Shown here: positions 55,775 through 64,000 of the stretch, piece after piece
How positions within the stretch are numbered: position 1 is the stretch's first letter
How the letters are laid out: every line of letters begins with the position of its first letter
Sequence record: MW349129.1
Length of the DNA stretch: 64,000 nucleotides
Reading direction: 5' to 3' (one strand)
Program-made: the position numbers and the translations under genes
Notes under the pieces: generated by a model
Databases searched by the model: none
Seen by the model: only the letters and a program-made list of their open reading frames with translations
Told to the model about the DNA's origin: nothing

Positions 55775-56950
55775 GTGTATTATTACATGTTAGATATTTT
55801 ACTTTATTCATTTTCTGGTATCGCCATTGTAGGAGGTTCTGCAATGGCGATTTATAATGGAAATAAGTTAATTACAAAGAAAAAAAGAGTTTCACAAAAT
55901 GAATTAAAGCTTAAAGATACAGAAGAATTAATTGATCTCAATGAAACTAAAATAATGGAAAAATTAAACGATTCTTATAAATTAGAAAATACTTTTGATG
56001 GTAAAGAGAGATATTATGCTTTACATTATTTATTAAGTTATCCTGAAATTGAATTCTATAAAGAGATTGCAACTCATGTTTACTCAGCTGTTTTAAATAA
56101 AAAAGATAATATTGGAGCTGACTATACTAAAGGTTTATTTACTGAAGGAAAATCTTATAATGAAAGATTAGATTTATTGACATTCTCTTTAGTGTACAAA
56201 AAAGATGATAAATTTAAAATTAATAAAGACAATGGAATTATGGAAGAGTTTAAAGATTTGCTTGATACCAATATAGAAGATTTAGAAAAGTTAGAAAGAA
56301 AAGGTTTTAGGTATACAAAAGATGATTCAGATGTATTTTATAAATATTCATTCTTAGGAACTAAAATATTAATCGGACTAATTAATTTACATGGCGATCT
56401 TTATATAGCTATTATAGATGAAAAAGAAAATGTTTATATTAAAAATATGAAACTCGTAGAAGAAATTGATCCTTTACAGTTCTTTGATGGAGCAAGATTT
56501 TTATATCATCCATTAGATTTCTATATATTAGATGATGGCAAATTACAAATATTAGATTCAAATTCTTATAATTTAAATATTAGTGAAAATAAAAAAATAA
56601 TATTTGATTTTAAATCTTATGATTCAGAACCTCTATTTAATAAGCGTATAAACTTATATTTTGAATATATAGAAATCGAAAAAGTACCTTTTAATACTGA
56701 AGGTTTACTAAATTATTTAAATAGTGATGTTAAAAGAGGAAATGATGATTTTGTCTATCTTAAAGGAAATAAAGTGGAAAGAAATATAGATAAGAATCAT
56801 TGGTCAAATTTAATAGAAACTAATTATATGATGAATTATAGAGATAAAAAGAAATTCATGAAAAATATTCATAATAAATTAGTAGAAGAAAAAAGAATGA
56901 AAGATATTGAAGAATATAAAAATTACTCTGAAATAGGAAGAAAGGAGTGA
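55775..56950 (+). CDS. Membrane-anchored hypothetical protein
   Basis: 391 aa with N-terminal TM segment; paralogous to 61708..62250. Confidence 0.75.
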   Translation: MYYYMLDILLYSFSGIAIVGGSAMAIYNGNKLITKKKRVSQNELKLKDTEELIDLNETKIMEKLNDSYKLENTFDGKERYYALHYLLSYPEIEFYKEIATHVYSAVLNKKDNIGADYTKGLFTEGKSYNERLDLLTFSLVYKKDDKFKINKDNGIMEEFKDLLDTNIEDLEKLERKGFRYTKDDSDVFYKYSFLGTKILIGLINLHGDLYIAIIDEKENVYIKNMKLVEEIDPLQFFDGARFLYHPLDFYILDDGKLQILDSNSYNLNISENKKIIFDFKSYDSEPLFNKRINLYFEYIEIEKVPFNTEGLLNYLNSDVKRGNDDFVYLKGNKVERNIDKNHWSNLIETNYMMNYRDKKKFMKNIHNKLVEEKRMKDIEEYKNYSEIGRKE

Positions 56951-56957
56951 AAGTTCT

Positions 56958-57689
56958 TTGAGTAAAGATTTTTTCTCTCATAATAAGATAAATTATAATA
57001 AAAAAGATTTAGATGAAATTTACAGACAACAATCTATGGATAGTAATCCATACGGTCATACAGGCTTTGTTAGCAGAGAAACTAAAGAAGAAATTGATAA
57101 ACGCAAAATTTTAGAAAGGGAAAAATTGGAGAGTGTTTATGGCAGTATATATAATCTTGGTTCTATAACTCCTGTAAGTCATAGCCACTATAGACAACTG
57201 GATGAGATTGATACACGTAATACTAATATAAAAGATAACTCTCGTAATTATATTAAAAAAGATTTAGATGAAGAGACAATGAATAGAAGACTTTATAGAA
57301 ACATACAGAATGTGAATACAAAAACTTATGAACAAAAATTAATGGATATATTAGATGAAATAAGAGATAAAAAAATAACTGATGGAAATAGAGAAAGATA
57401 TACTGTTGAAGTTTCAGCTATAATGTATATAACAAGTTGTAAATTTATTCCTGAATTCACTAAAGATGATATAGTGAATGCTTATTTTGATGTAAAAGAA
57501 ATGATGAATAAAAAAGATAAAGCTTTAGGTGGTAGGGAAAGTGTAAAAAGTTTCTCTTTAATATTTGCTAGAGCTATATGGTTTTTAAGAGGTAATATTA
57601 AAGAAAAGAGTATAATAACAAGTCATTCAGCACATGCAATCAATACTAATTTTTTAATAAAAGACTCAGATGATCTTAAAGTATTTTAA
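56958..57689 (+). CDS. Hypothetical protein
   Basis: 243-aa ORF, AGGAG RBS, TTG start. Confidence 0.7.
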   Translation: MSKDFFSHNKINYNKKDLDEIYRQQSMDSNPYGHTGFVSRETKEEIDKRKILEREKLESVYGSIYNLGSITPVSHSHYRQLDEIDTRNTNIKDNSRNYIKKDLDEETMNRRLYRNIQNVNTKTYEQKLMDILDEIRDKKITDGNRERYTVEVSAIMYITSCKFIPEFTKDDIVNAYFDVKEMMNKKDKALGGRESVKSFSLIFARAIWFLRGNIKEKSIITSHSAHAINTNFLIKDSDDLKVF

Positions 57690-57708
57690 TTAGGAGAGTG
57701 AAAAAGAT

Positions 57709-58098
57709 ATGGGAAGTTTAATAGTTTTAATTATGCTAATAGTAAATCTACTATTAGCATCAATTTTCATTTTTAGTAACTTAGGAAAAATGGGTAAATT
57801 TAAAAATAGTTTATGGATTCCAATTGAAAGAGAAATAAAAAATAGAATGAGATTCTTAATGACTATTAATTTTATTCTATTTCTATCATCATTAATACTA
57901 TTATTTAAAAATATTATATCATCTCAAGTATCATTATTATCAATAATTGTATTTGGAGGAATATTTATTTTCTTCTTATTTAAATTAATGAGAGATAATC
58001 AATATTTTAGTAAGAGTAATAAATTTTACAATACAATCTATATGGCAAGTTTATTTTTAGTAACGATAGATGTTTTATTATCGTTCTATAATCTATAA
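57709..58098 (+). CDS. Multi-pass membrane protein (about 4 TM)
   Basis: 129 aa, hydrophobic. Confidence 0.75.
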   Translation: MGSLIVLIMLIVNLLLASIFIFSNLGKMGKFKNSLWIPIEREIKNRMRFLMTINFILFLSSLILLFKNIISSQVSLLSIIVFGGIFIFFLFKLMRDNQYFSKSNKFYNTIYMASLFLVTIDVLLSFYNL

Positions 58099-58167
58099 GA
58101 TATTAATTATAACAAACGTTGCTTTTGCAGATACGATTAAATAAATATATTATAAGGAGAGTTTAAA

Positions 58168-59259
58168 ATGAAAAAATCATTAATAACTGCATCATTACTA
58201 AGTACTGTATTACTATTGGGAGCTTGTGGAAATGAAGGATCTTCATCAGAAGATAAAGAATCAAGTCTAAAACCAGAAAAACAAGAAGAAATTTATTCTA
58301 AAGAAGCAAAATTATTAGGTAAAGCAATGAGTGATGAAGATGCTATGGATGATTCTACAAATAAAGTTTCAGATGATTTTAAGAAATCTTTAGACAGATA
58401 TGAAGATAAAACTAAAAATTTAGATAGCGTAGATACTCAAGTTGGTGATTTAACTTTAAGAGTTGGAAAATCTATTGAAATCATGGGTGATCGTATGTAT
58501 GAATTAGACAAGTTCAATAAAGATAATCCGGATAAAGAAATGGAATATAATTTATCAATTGTTGATGTTGGAATTAATACAGCTCAATCTTTAGAAAGTA
58601 TAAATGAAGATTATGAATCAATCGATGTATCATATAAAAATGAAACTATCGGTAAGAAAGCTAATGAAGAAATTACTGATGTTTTATCAACTTTCCCAGC
58701 ATATGAACTTGATGAATTGATAGATGATTATGGAACAGGTATTGTTGAAAATGATGAAACAGAATTAACACAAGAACAACAAAAAATATTATCAGATACT
58801 AAATATCGAGATGAACTTAAAAAAGAAGTAATGACTCAAGAAGAACCAGATACTTCTAAAAATGAATATAATGAATCTGTAAATATGTTTAATAAATTTG
58901 CACCAGAATTCCTTCATTATAAAGAAGCTGACAAAATGGTATCTTCAACAGAAAATAGCAATATGATGGATATTAGAAATGCTGTTGTAAGTGCTAATAC
59001 AGATGCTGGAGTAGACAGTTATGAAGATATGGAAGAAGATGCTGAATCATTAGATATTGATACTGAAAATATCGAAGATGAAGAATATTCAGAAGATGAA
59101 AAATATGATACTAGCGGTTGGTCTGCAGAAACATATAATGAATTAGTTGATGAATACAATATTCTTACTGATGGAGAAGAAATGGATCATGTTGAAAGAG
59201 ATGTATCTGATATTGAATACGAACAGTTAGAAGAAAGAGTTGCAGATTTAGAAGAATAA
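58168..59259 (+). CDS. Acidic lipoprotein
   Basis: MKKSLITASLLSTVLLLGA-C lipobox. Confidence 0.82.
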   Translation: MKKSLITASLLSTVLLLGACGNEGSSSEDKESSLKPEKQEEIYSKEAKLLGKAMSDEDAMDDSTNKVSDDFKKSLDRYEDKTKNLDSVDTQVGDLTLRVGKSIEIMGDRMYELDKFNKDNPDKEMEYNLSIVDVGINTAQSLESINEDYESIDVSYKNETIGKKANEEITDVLSTFPAYELDELIDDYGTGIVENDETELTQEQQKILSDTKYRDELKKEVMTQEEPDTSKNEYNESVNMFNKFAPEFLHYKEADKMVSSTENSNMMDIRNAVVSANTDAGVDSYEDMEEDAESLDIDTENIEDEEYSEDEKYDTSGWSAETYNELVDEYNILTDGEEMDHVERDVSDIEYEQLEERVADLEE

Positions 59260-59272
59260 TGGAGGAAATTAA

Positions 59273-60679
59273 ATGAAGAAAATCTTTAAAAGTTTAACTC
59301 TTTATATCTTTTTATTTATTTTAGCTTCTTTAACCTTATTTTTAGGGTTTAAGGAAGCTATTAATTATATCATATTAGGGTTATTAACTTTCTTATTAAT
59401 TATTTCTTTTTACTTCTTATTAAGTTATGCGTATAATTTAATTATATCAATATTTGGATATAAGAAATTAAAAAGAGATTATAATATTGTAGCACCTAAA
59501 ACTAGATTTTTAATAATGGTAGCTGCTCATAATGAAGAGACTGTTATTAGAGAGACTATTAGAAATCTTAAAAAGATTAATTATGACAAAAGCATGTTCG
59601 ATATCTGTATCGTTTCAGATAATTCTACAGATAATACAACAAATATTGCTCTGGAAGAGAATGTTACTGTTGTAGATACGATCAAAGGAAGATTTAAAAG
59701 AGAAGGTGTTGGAAAACCAGCAGGATTACAATATGCATTAAGGGAATTAGGATTTGAAATTATAAAAGATAAATATGATTTAGTAATGGTATTGGATGCA
59801 GATAATTTTGTTAGTCCTAATATATTAAGGGAAGTAAATTCGCAATATATCGCTAAGAATAAACCTGAAGCCATTCAAGTTTATCTAGATAGTAAAAATT
59901 ATGATAGTATGATGTCTTTAGCATATAGTGCAGTTTTCTGGACTAATAATAAATTTATTCAAGCTGCTAAGTATAGACTAGGTTTACCTAATTCAATTGG
60001 CGGAACAGGATTCTCAGTTAGATCAGAATATCTTATTAATAGTGGCGGGTTTAACTATGAATCATTAACTGAAGATTTAGAAATGGAAGTTGAAATAATT
60101 AGTAATGGTGGAAGAGTTTTATGGAATGATTTTGCATCTATTTACGATGAGAAACCAGATGGATTAAAAGTTTCTATGGTCCAACGTTTAAGATGGGCTA
60201 AAGGTCATTTTTATGTAGGATATAAAAATTTCTTTCCATTATTAAAATTATTTGCAAAGACATTTAATATTAAATATATAGATAAAATAGTTTTCCTTAT
60301 GACAATGGGAAGAAGTCTACATTTAGCACTAATGTTATTAGTCATATCATTGCAAGGATTATATTTATATTTAAATAATAAAACAGAAATTATCATAAAT
60401 AATTTTCATTATCCAACTGTATTACAGCTATTAAATGATAATTTCTTATTCTTAGGAACTTTTAATGCTATTCTATTAAGTTATAGTTTCTTATTTTTAC
60501 CATTATATGCTATATATAGTAGAATAAAGAGTAAAAATATAATTAAGAATGCAATATCATTTTTATATTACGTAGCAACTGATTTTATAGTTCAAACTCA
60601 AGCAATATTTGTTTGGAAAGAACAAAAGAACTGGGTAAGAACTCCTCACGATAAAAATAAAATAAAAACAGAAAAATAA
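59273..60679 (+). CDS. Membrane-embedded processive glycosyltransferase family 2
   Basis: AAHNEE, SDNSTD, DADN (DXD), TEDLE, QRLRW (QxxRW); N- and C-terminal TM helices. Confidence 0.9.
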   Translation: MKKIFKSLTLYIFLFILASLTLFLGFKEAINYIILGLLTFLLIISFYFLLSYAYNLIISIFGYKKLKRDYNIVAPKTRFLIMVAAHNEETVIRETIRNLKKINYDKSMFDICIVSDNSTDNTTNIALEENVTVVDTIKGRFKREGVGKPAGLQYALRELGFEIIKDKYDLVMVLDADNFVSPNILREVNSQYIAKNKPEAIQVYLDSKNYDSMMSLAYSAVFWTNNKFIQAAKYRLGLPNSIGGTGFSVRSEYLINSGGFNYESLTEDLEMEVEIISNGGRVLWNDFASIYDEKPDGLKVSMVQRLRWAKGHFYVGYKNFFPLLKLFAKTFNIKYIDKIVFLMTMGRSLHLALMLLVISLQGLYLYLNNKTEIIINNFHYPTVLQLLNDNFLFLGTFNAILLSYSFLFLPLYAIYSRIKSKNIIKNAISFLYYVATDFIVQTQAIFVWKEQKNWVRTPHDKNKIKTEK

Positions 60680-60681
60680 TA

Positions 60682-61341
60682 TTGAATATGAATAAATTAA
60701 AGGAGATATCTAATATGCATATTAAAAAATTTAATGAACCGCAATTACATTTTGTATCTAAAATGATTGACATAGGTTATAATAATAAAATCATTCTCTT
60801 ATTATTCAAAAAAGAATTCAATGTAGAAACAATATCTGCATATATAACACAAGTTCGTAGAGGTCAACAAGGAAAAGATATTAGTCAAAACTATAAATTT
60901 GCAATTGAAGGAGGTTATCCTACTTATTTTGAATGGATAGATTATTTAATTGAAAATGATGTATACTATAACACTAAATTTGAATTATTTGGGGAGCTTA
61001 TTAAAAAGAAAATTAAAGATGATGATGAGTCTTTCATAATTACTAAAAGTAAATCATTTGATATATTAGCTTTCTTGCAAGAAACTGAAGAAGGATTTAA
61101 AGTAATTAAATCTATAGATGATTTAAATTTTGATGAGAAATTTGTTCACCGAATTAAATCAATTAGTGAAACAATGAATGGTGTAAATCTAAATTATAAA
61201 AATTCATATCTAATAACAATTGATATTGAGAATAAAGATAAATACAAAGATATAGTCAATGTATTATTTCACGCAGTTAAAGGTATGGACTCTGTAATAA
61301 ATTATAATTTAGAGATTTATTATCTTGGGTATGATTTATAA
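60682..61341 (+). CDS. Hypothetical protein
   Basis: 219-aa ORF; start may be the later ATG after AAGGAG. Confidence 0.7.
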   Translation: MNMNKLKEISNMHIKKFNEPQLHFVSKMIDIGYNNKIILLLFKKEFNVETISAYITQVRRGQQGKDISQNYKFAIEGGYPTYFEWIDYLIENDVYYNTKFELFGELIKKKIKDDDESFIITKSKSFDILAFLQETEEGFKVIKSIDDLNFDEKFVHRIKSISETMNGVNLNYKNSYLITIDIENKDKYKDIVNVLFHAVKGMDSVINYNLEIYYLGYDL

Positions 61342-61386
61342 TTTTTAAAAATACCGTCATAAAGAAAGAATAAAAGGAGAGATTAA

Positions 61387-61704
61387 ATGTTTCCAACAAT
61401 TTTAATACTAATGATAGTACTGTTAATAGTGCTATCATTTTATAATCATAAATTAAATAAAGAGAATAAAAATATTGATTCAACAGAAAATATACCTAGA
61501 TATGCTATGGCACACAGAAATGCTAAATTGATTTATATTAAAGCTGATTCTAAAACATATTTAAATTCTCAAATTAATAAATTTAAAAATGATAAGAGAT
61601 TTAAAGATTATGGATATGAAATTGATAAAGTTGATTGGAATGGAAATATTGTACATGAAAGTAGAGATAATAATTTTAAATTGATTAAAGATCGGAGAAA
61701 ATAA
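61387..61704 (+). CDS. Membrane-anchored hypothetical protein
   Basis: 105 aa with N-terminal TM segment. Confidence 0.7.
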   Translation: MFPTILILMIVLLIVLSFYNHKLNKENKNIDSTENIPRYAMAHRNAKLIYIKADSKTYLNSQINKFKNDKRFKDYGYEIDKVDWNGNIVHESRDNNFKLIKDRRK

Positions 61705-61707
61705 TTT

Positions 61708-62250
61708 ATGGGATTAATAGTAATTACATTGGCATTCACTACACTTATTCTTATTGTAATTATTCTCTTACAAGCAAATCAAATAAAAAATATTAATAAA
61801 AATAATAATAGATATTTTAACGAAGACGAATTTCATAATAGTCAAGATATTTTTGGATATAATGAAAAAGGAATTATGGATTTTTTAAATATGTCTTTTG
61901 CATTAGTTTCAGAATATGATAAAAAAGAAAGATTATATGCAGGTCATTACCTGTTAAAAAATATGAATGCGAAATTTTTGATATTTGATTCTAACTATGA
62001 AACATATAAAGAAGTAACTTCAAAAGAATTACTATTTAAAAAAGATAAAAGAGAATATCTCTTTTCAAAACAAATAGAAAGACCTAAATTTTATGACCAC
62101 TGGTCTAATTTGATTCAGACTAATGAAAAACTTAATATTAAGAATTTAAAAAGATTAACGAATAAATACGATAATATTCTAAAACAAAAATTTGACCTAG
62201 AACAAATTAATGAATTTAAAGATTATATGGAAGGAAGAATTACACTATGA
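61708..62250 (+). CDS. Membrane-anchored hypothetical protein, short paralog of 55775..56950
   Basis: KERLYAGHYLL versus KERYYALHYLL; HWSNLIQTN versus HWSNLIETN. Confidence 0.75.
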   Translation: MGLIVITLAFTTLILIVIILLQANQIKNINKNNNRYFNEDEFHNSQDIFGYNEKGIMDFLNMSFALVSEYDKKERLYAGHYLLKNMNAKFLIFDSNYETYKEVTSKELLFKKDKREYLFSKQIERPKFYDHWSNLIQTNEKLNIKNLKRLTNKYDNILKQKFDLEQINEFKDYMEGRITL

Positions 62251-62423
62251 TATTAGCGATATTATTTATCGTATTTTTTGGTTTAACTTTAATTTCCTTT
62301 ATACTGACAGCTGTATTTTGGTATGATGAATTATATTTAATAATAACTACAGTTTTGGCTATAATAACTGTAGTATTATTTGTAACTGTAGGTATATTTA
62401 GCATAATTGCTGAATATTATTAA
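62247..62423 (+). CDS. Small two-TM membrane protein (58 aa), missed by the ORF track
   Basis: ATGA overlap with the upstream stop; manual translation MILAILFIVFFGLTLISFILTAVFWYDELYLIITTVLAIITVVLFVTVGIFSIIAEYY*. Confidence 0.65.
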   Translation: MILAILFIVFFGLTLISFILTAVFWYDELYLIITTVLAIITVVLFVTVGIFSIIAEYY

Positions 62424-62436
62424 GGAGTTGATATGG

Positions 62437-62709
62437 ATGATGAAATTATTTAATATATTTAAAAAAGAAGACAAAAGATTTAAATTGATCAGAAATAAAT
62501 TTAGAGAAGAAAATATATCAGCAGTAATTAAAAAGGTTGATAATCAGATTGAAATTGAGTATTTACTATTTGGTGATAAATTTTGTTTAATGCATCCTTC
62601 GTATTATTCAAAAGAAGATACTATGCAAGTAGAAAATAAAATAAGAGCTGTTATGGCATATTATGGTTATTTAGATAATGAATATATTATGTATGCAGAC
62701 GTAATTTAA
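62437..62709 (+). CDS. Hypothetical protein
   Basis: ORF track 62407..62709; ATG after AAGGAG more plausible. Confidence 0.65.
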   Translation: MMKLFNIFKKEDKRFKLIRNKFREENISAVIKKVDNQIEIEYLLFGDKFCLMHPSYYSKEDTMQVENKIRAVMAYYGYLDNEYIMYADVI

Positions 62710-62735
62710 TTATATTAAAAAAGGATGATTAAGTA

Positions 62736-62825
62736 ATGATAACGACATACATCATATTTTCAATTTTAGTACTAGGTTTAGTTAATATTATTTCATACAA
62801 AAAAATCAAAAGCAAAATAAATTAA
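62736..62825 (+). CDS. Possible 29-aa membrane peptide
   Basis: AAAGGATG RBS; MITTYIIFSILVLGLVNIISYKKIKSKIN*; hairpin downstream. Confidence 0.4.
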   Translation: MITTYIIFSILVLGLVNIISYKKIKSKIN

Positions 62826-63042
62826 AAATTGGAACTAACCTTTCTATATGAGAGGTTAGTTCCTCATATTTGATTTTTTTCATAAAAAAGAGAGATTGAC
62901 TGTTATTTTATAAGTGAATATTAGTTTCATATACTTAGAAAAAACTTTTAATTTTTAAGGAAAATTTCTAGCTTTTTTATAAAAAATTTGTTATAATAAA
63001 TAACGTTATAGTATTAAATAATTTTTGGAGAGTGAATGTTAA

Positions 63043-64000
63043 ATGTCAAAATTAACGAGTAAAATTAATGATTTGATTAAATCAAATCCATCAGTATATG
63101 GTAAAGAAGACAATTATACACCTATGTATGAATCAGGAATTGACTTATTAGATTATAGAAATGGTTTCTTAAACACTGTTACGGATGATGAACGTATTGG
63201 ATTAATGGGTGGTAAAGTAACTACATTTATCGGTGGATCAGGTTCAGGTAAAACAACACTTGCTATTCAAGCAGCAGCAAAAATTGTTGAAAAATATGAC
63301 AACTCAAGTGTTATTCATTATGACTTTGAAGATGCAACTACTGATGAACGTATTTATCAAGTAACAGGTTGGTCTAAAGAAATGAAACAAGAAAAATACA
63401 CTAAATTAAATAAAAAGATTAGTTTAGATTCAGTAGATCAATTAATTCGTGGTATTCGTGATACTAAATTAGAAAATGAAGAAGAGTTTACTATTCATAC
63501 AGATAAAATTGATCCAGAAACTGGTGAAAAAGTTTCATTCATGGCTCCAACAGTAGTTATCATTGATTCTGTTGCTACAATGGCTTCTAAAGAGATTGAT
63601 GATAAAGATGGTGAAGGTGGACAAATGAATGCTACTAAACAAGCTAAAGATAATACAACATTCATTAAACGTATTATCGGTTCATCTACATTAAATTCAG
63701 CTAATATTATGCTTATTTTAATTAATCATATTACAACTAAAATTGATATTAATCCTTATGCAGCTACACCTAAAGAATTAAATTATCTTAAACAAGGTGA
63801 AGCATTACCAGGTGGTAAAGCAATCAACTACATGGCAAATAACATGTTTAAGATTAGTCCATCACAAGCTTTAGATCCAGAAGGAAATTCTAATCAAGCT
63901 AAATATGGAATTAAAGGTTTCATAAATACAGTTGAAGTTATTAAATCACGTTCAAATGCAGCTGGTGCTAAATTTGATTTAATCTTTGAACAAAAGAATG
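63043..64000 (+). CDS. RecA/UvsX-like recombinase (runs off the window end)
   Basis: Manual translation: SGIDLLD, Walker A GGSGSGKTT, YDFE, Walker B VIIDSVA, LINH, PGGKAINYMA, VIKSR; not in the ORF track because incomplete. Confidence 0.88.
   Translation, partial: MSKLTSKINDLIKSNPSVYGKEDNYTPMYESGIDLLDYRNGFLNTVTDDERIGLMGGKVTTFIGGSGSGKTTLAIQAAAKIVEKYDNSSVIHYDFEDATTDERIYQVTGWSKEMKQEKYTKLNKKISLDSVDQLIRGIRDTKLENEEEFTIHTDKIDPETGEKVSFMAPTVVIIDSVATMASKEIDDKDGEGGQMNATKQAKDNTTFIKRIIGSSTLNSANIMLILINHITTKIDINPYAATPKELNYLKQGEALPGGKAINYMANNMFKISPSQALDPEGNSNQAKYGIKGFINTVEVIKSRSNAAGAKFDLIFEQKN

Overview
AT-rich (roughly 25% GC by eye) 64-kb segment of a jumbo bacteriophage. It is most likely an AR9/PBS1-like phage of a low-GC Firmicute such as Staphylococcus (inferred from the split multisubunit RNA polymerase, AACA-N6-TA promoter-like motifs, phage gyrase, TelA and lipoproteins). 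Left to right: baseplate/tail module, a minus-strand DnaB + SbcD replication block, a very AT-rich intergenic stretch, giant tail/receptor-binding proteins and an apparently inactive amidase. Next comes a retron-type reverse transcriptase locus, many accessory ORFs, gyrB (one mini group I intron), gyrA (intein), an RNAP beta C-terminal subunit (two tandem mini group I introns around a 35-nt micro-exon), TelA, a GT2 glycosyltransferase, and a RecA-like gene running off the right end. The standout is 27096-30621. The 1.1-kb non-coding region upstream of the RT resolves into five head-to-tail retron-like ncRNA units. Each has its own a1/a2 inverted repeat, a G immediately 3' of a1, a conserved hairpin with invariant loop TGAATACG and a different GC-rich cargo hairpin. 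The array is followed by one RT and a tightly coupled unknown partner gene: an array-fed, multi-msDNA RT system. All pairings were derived by eye; no folding program or database search was run.
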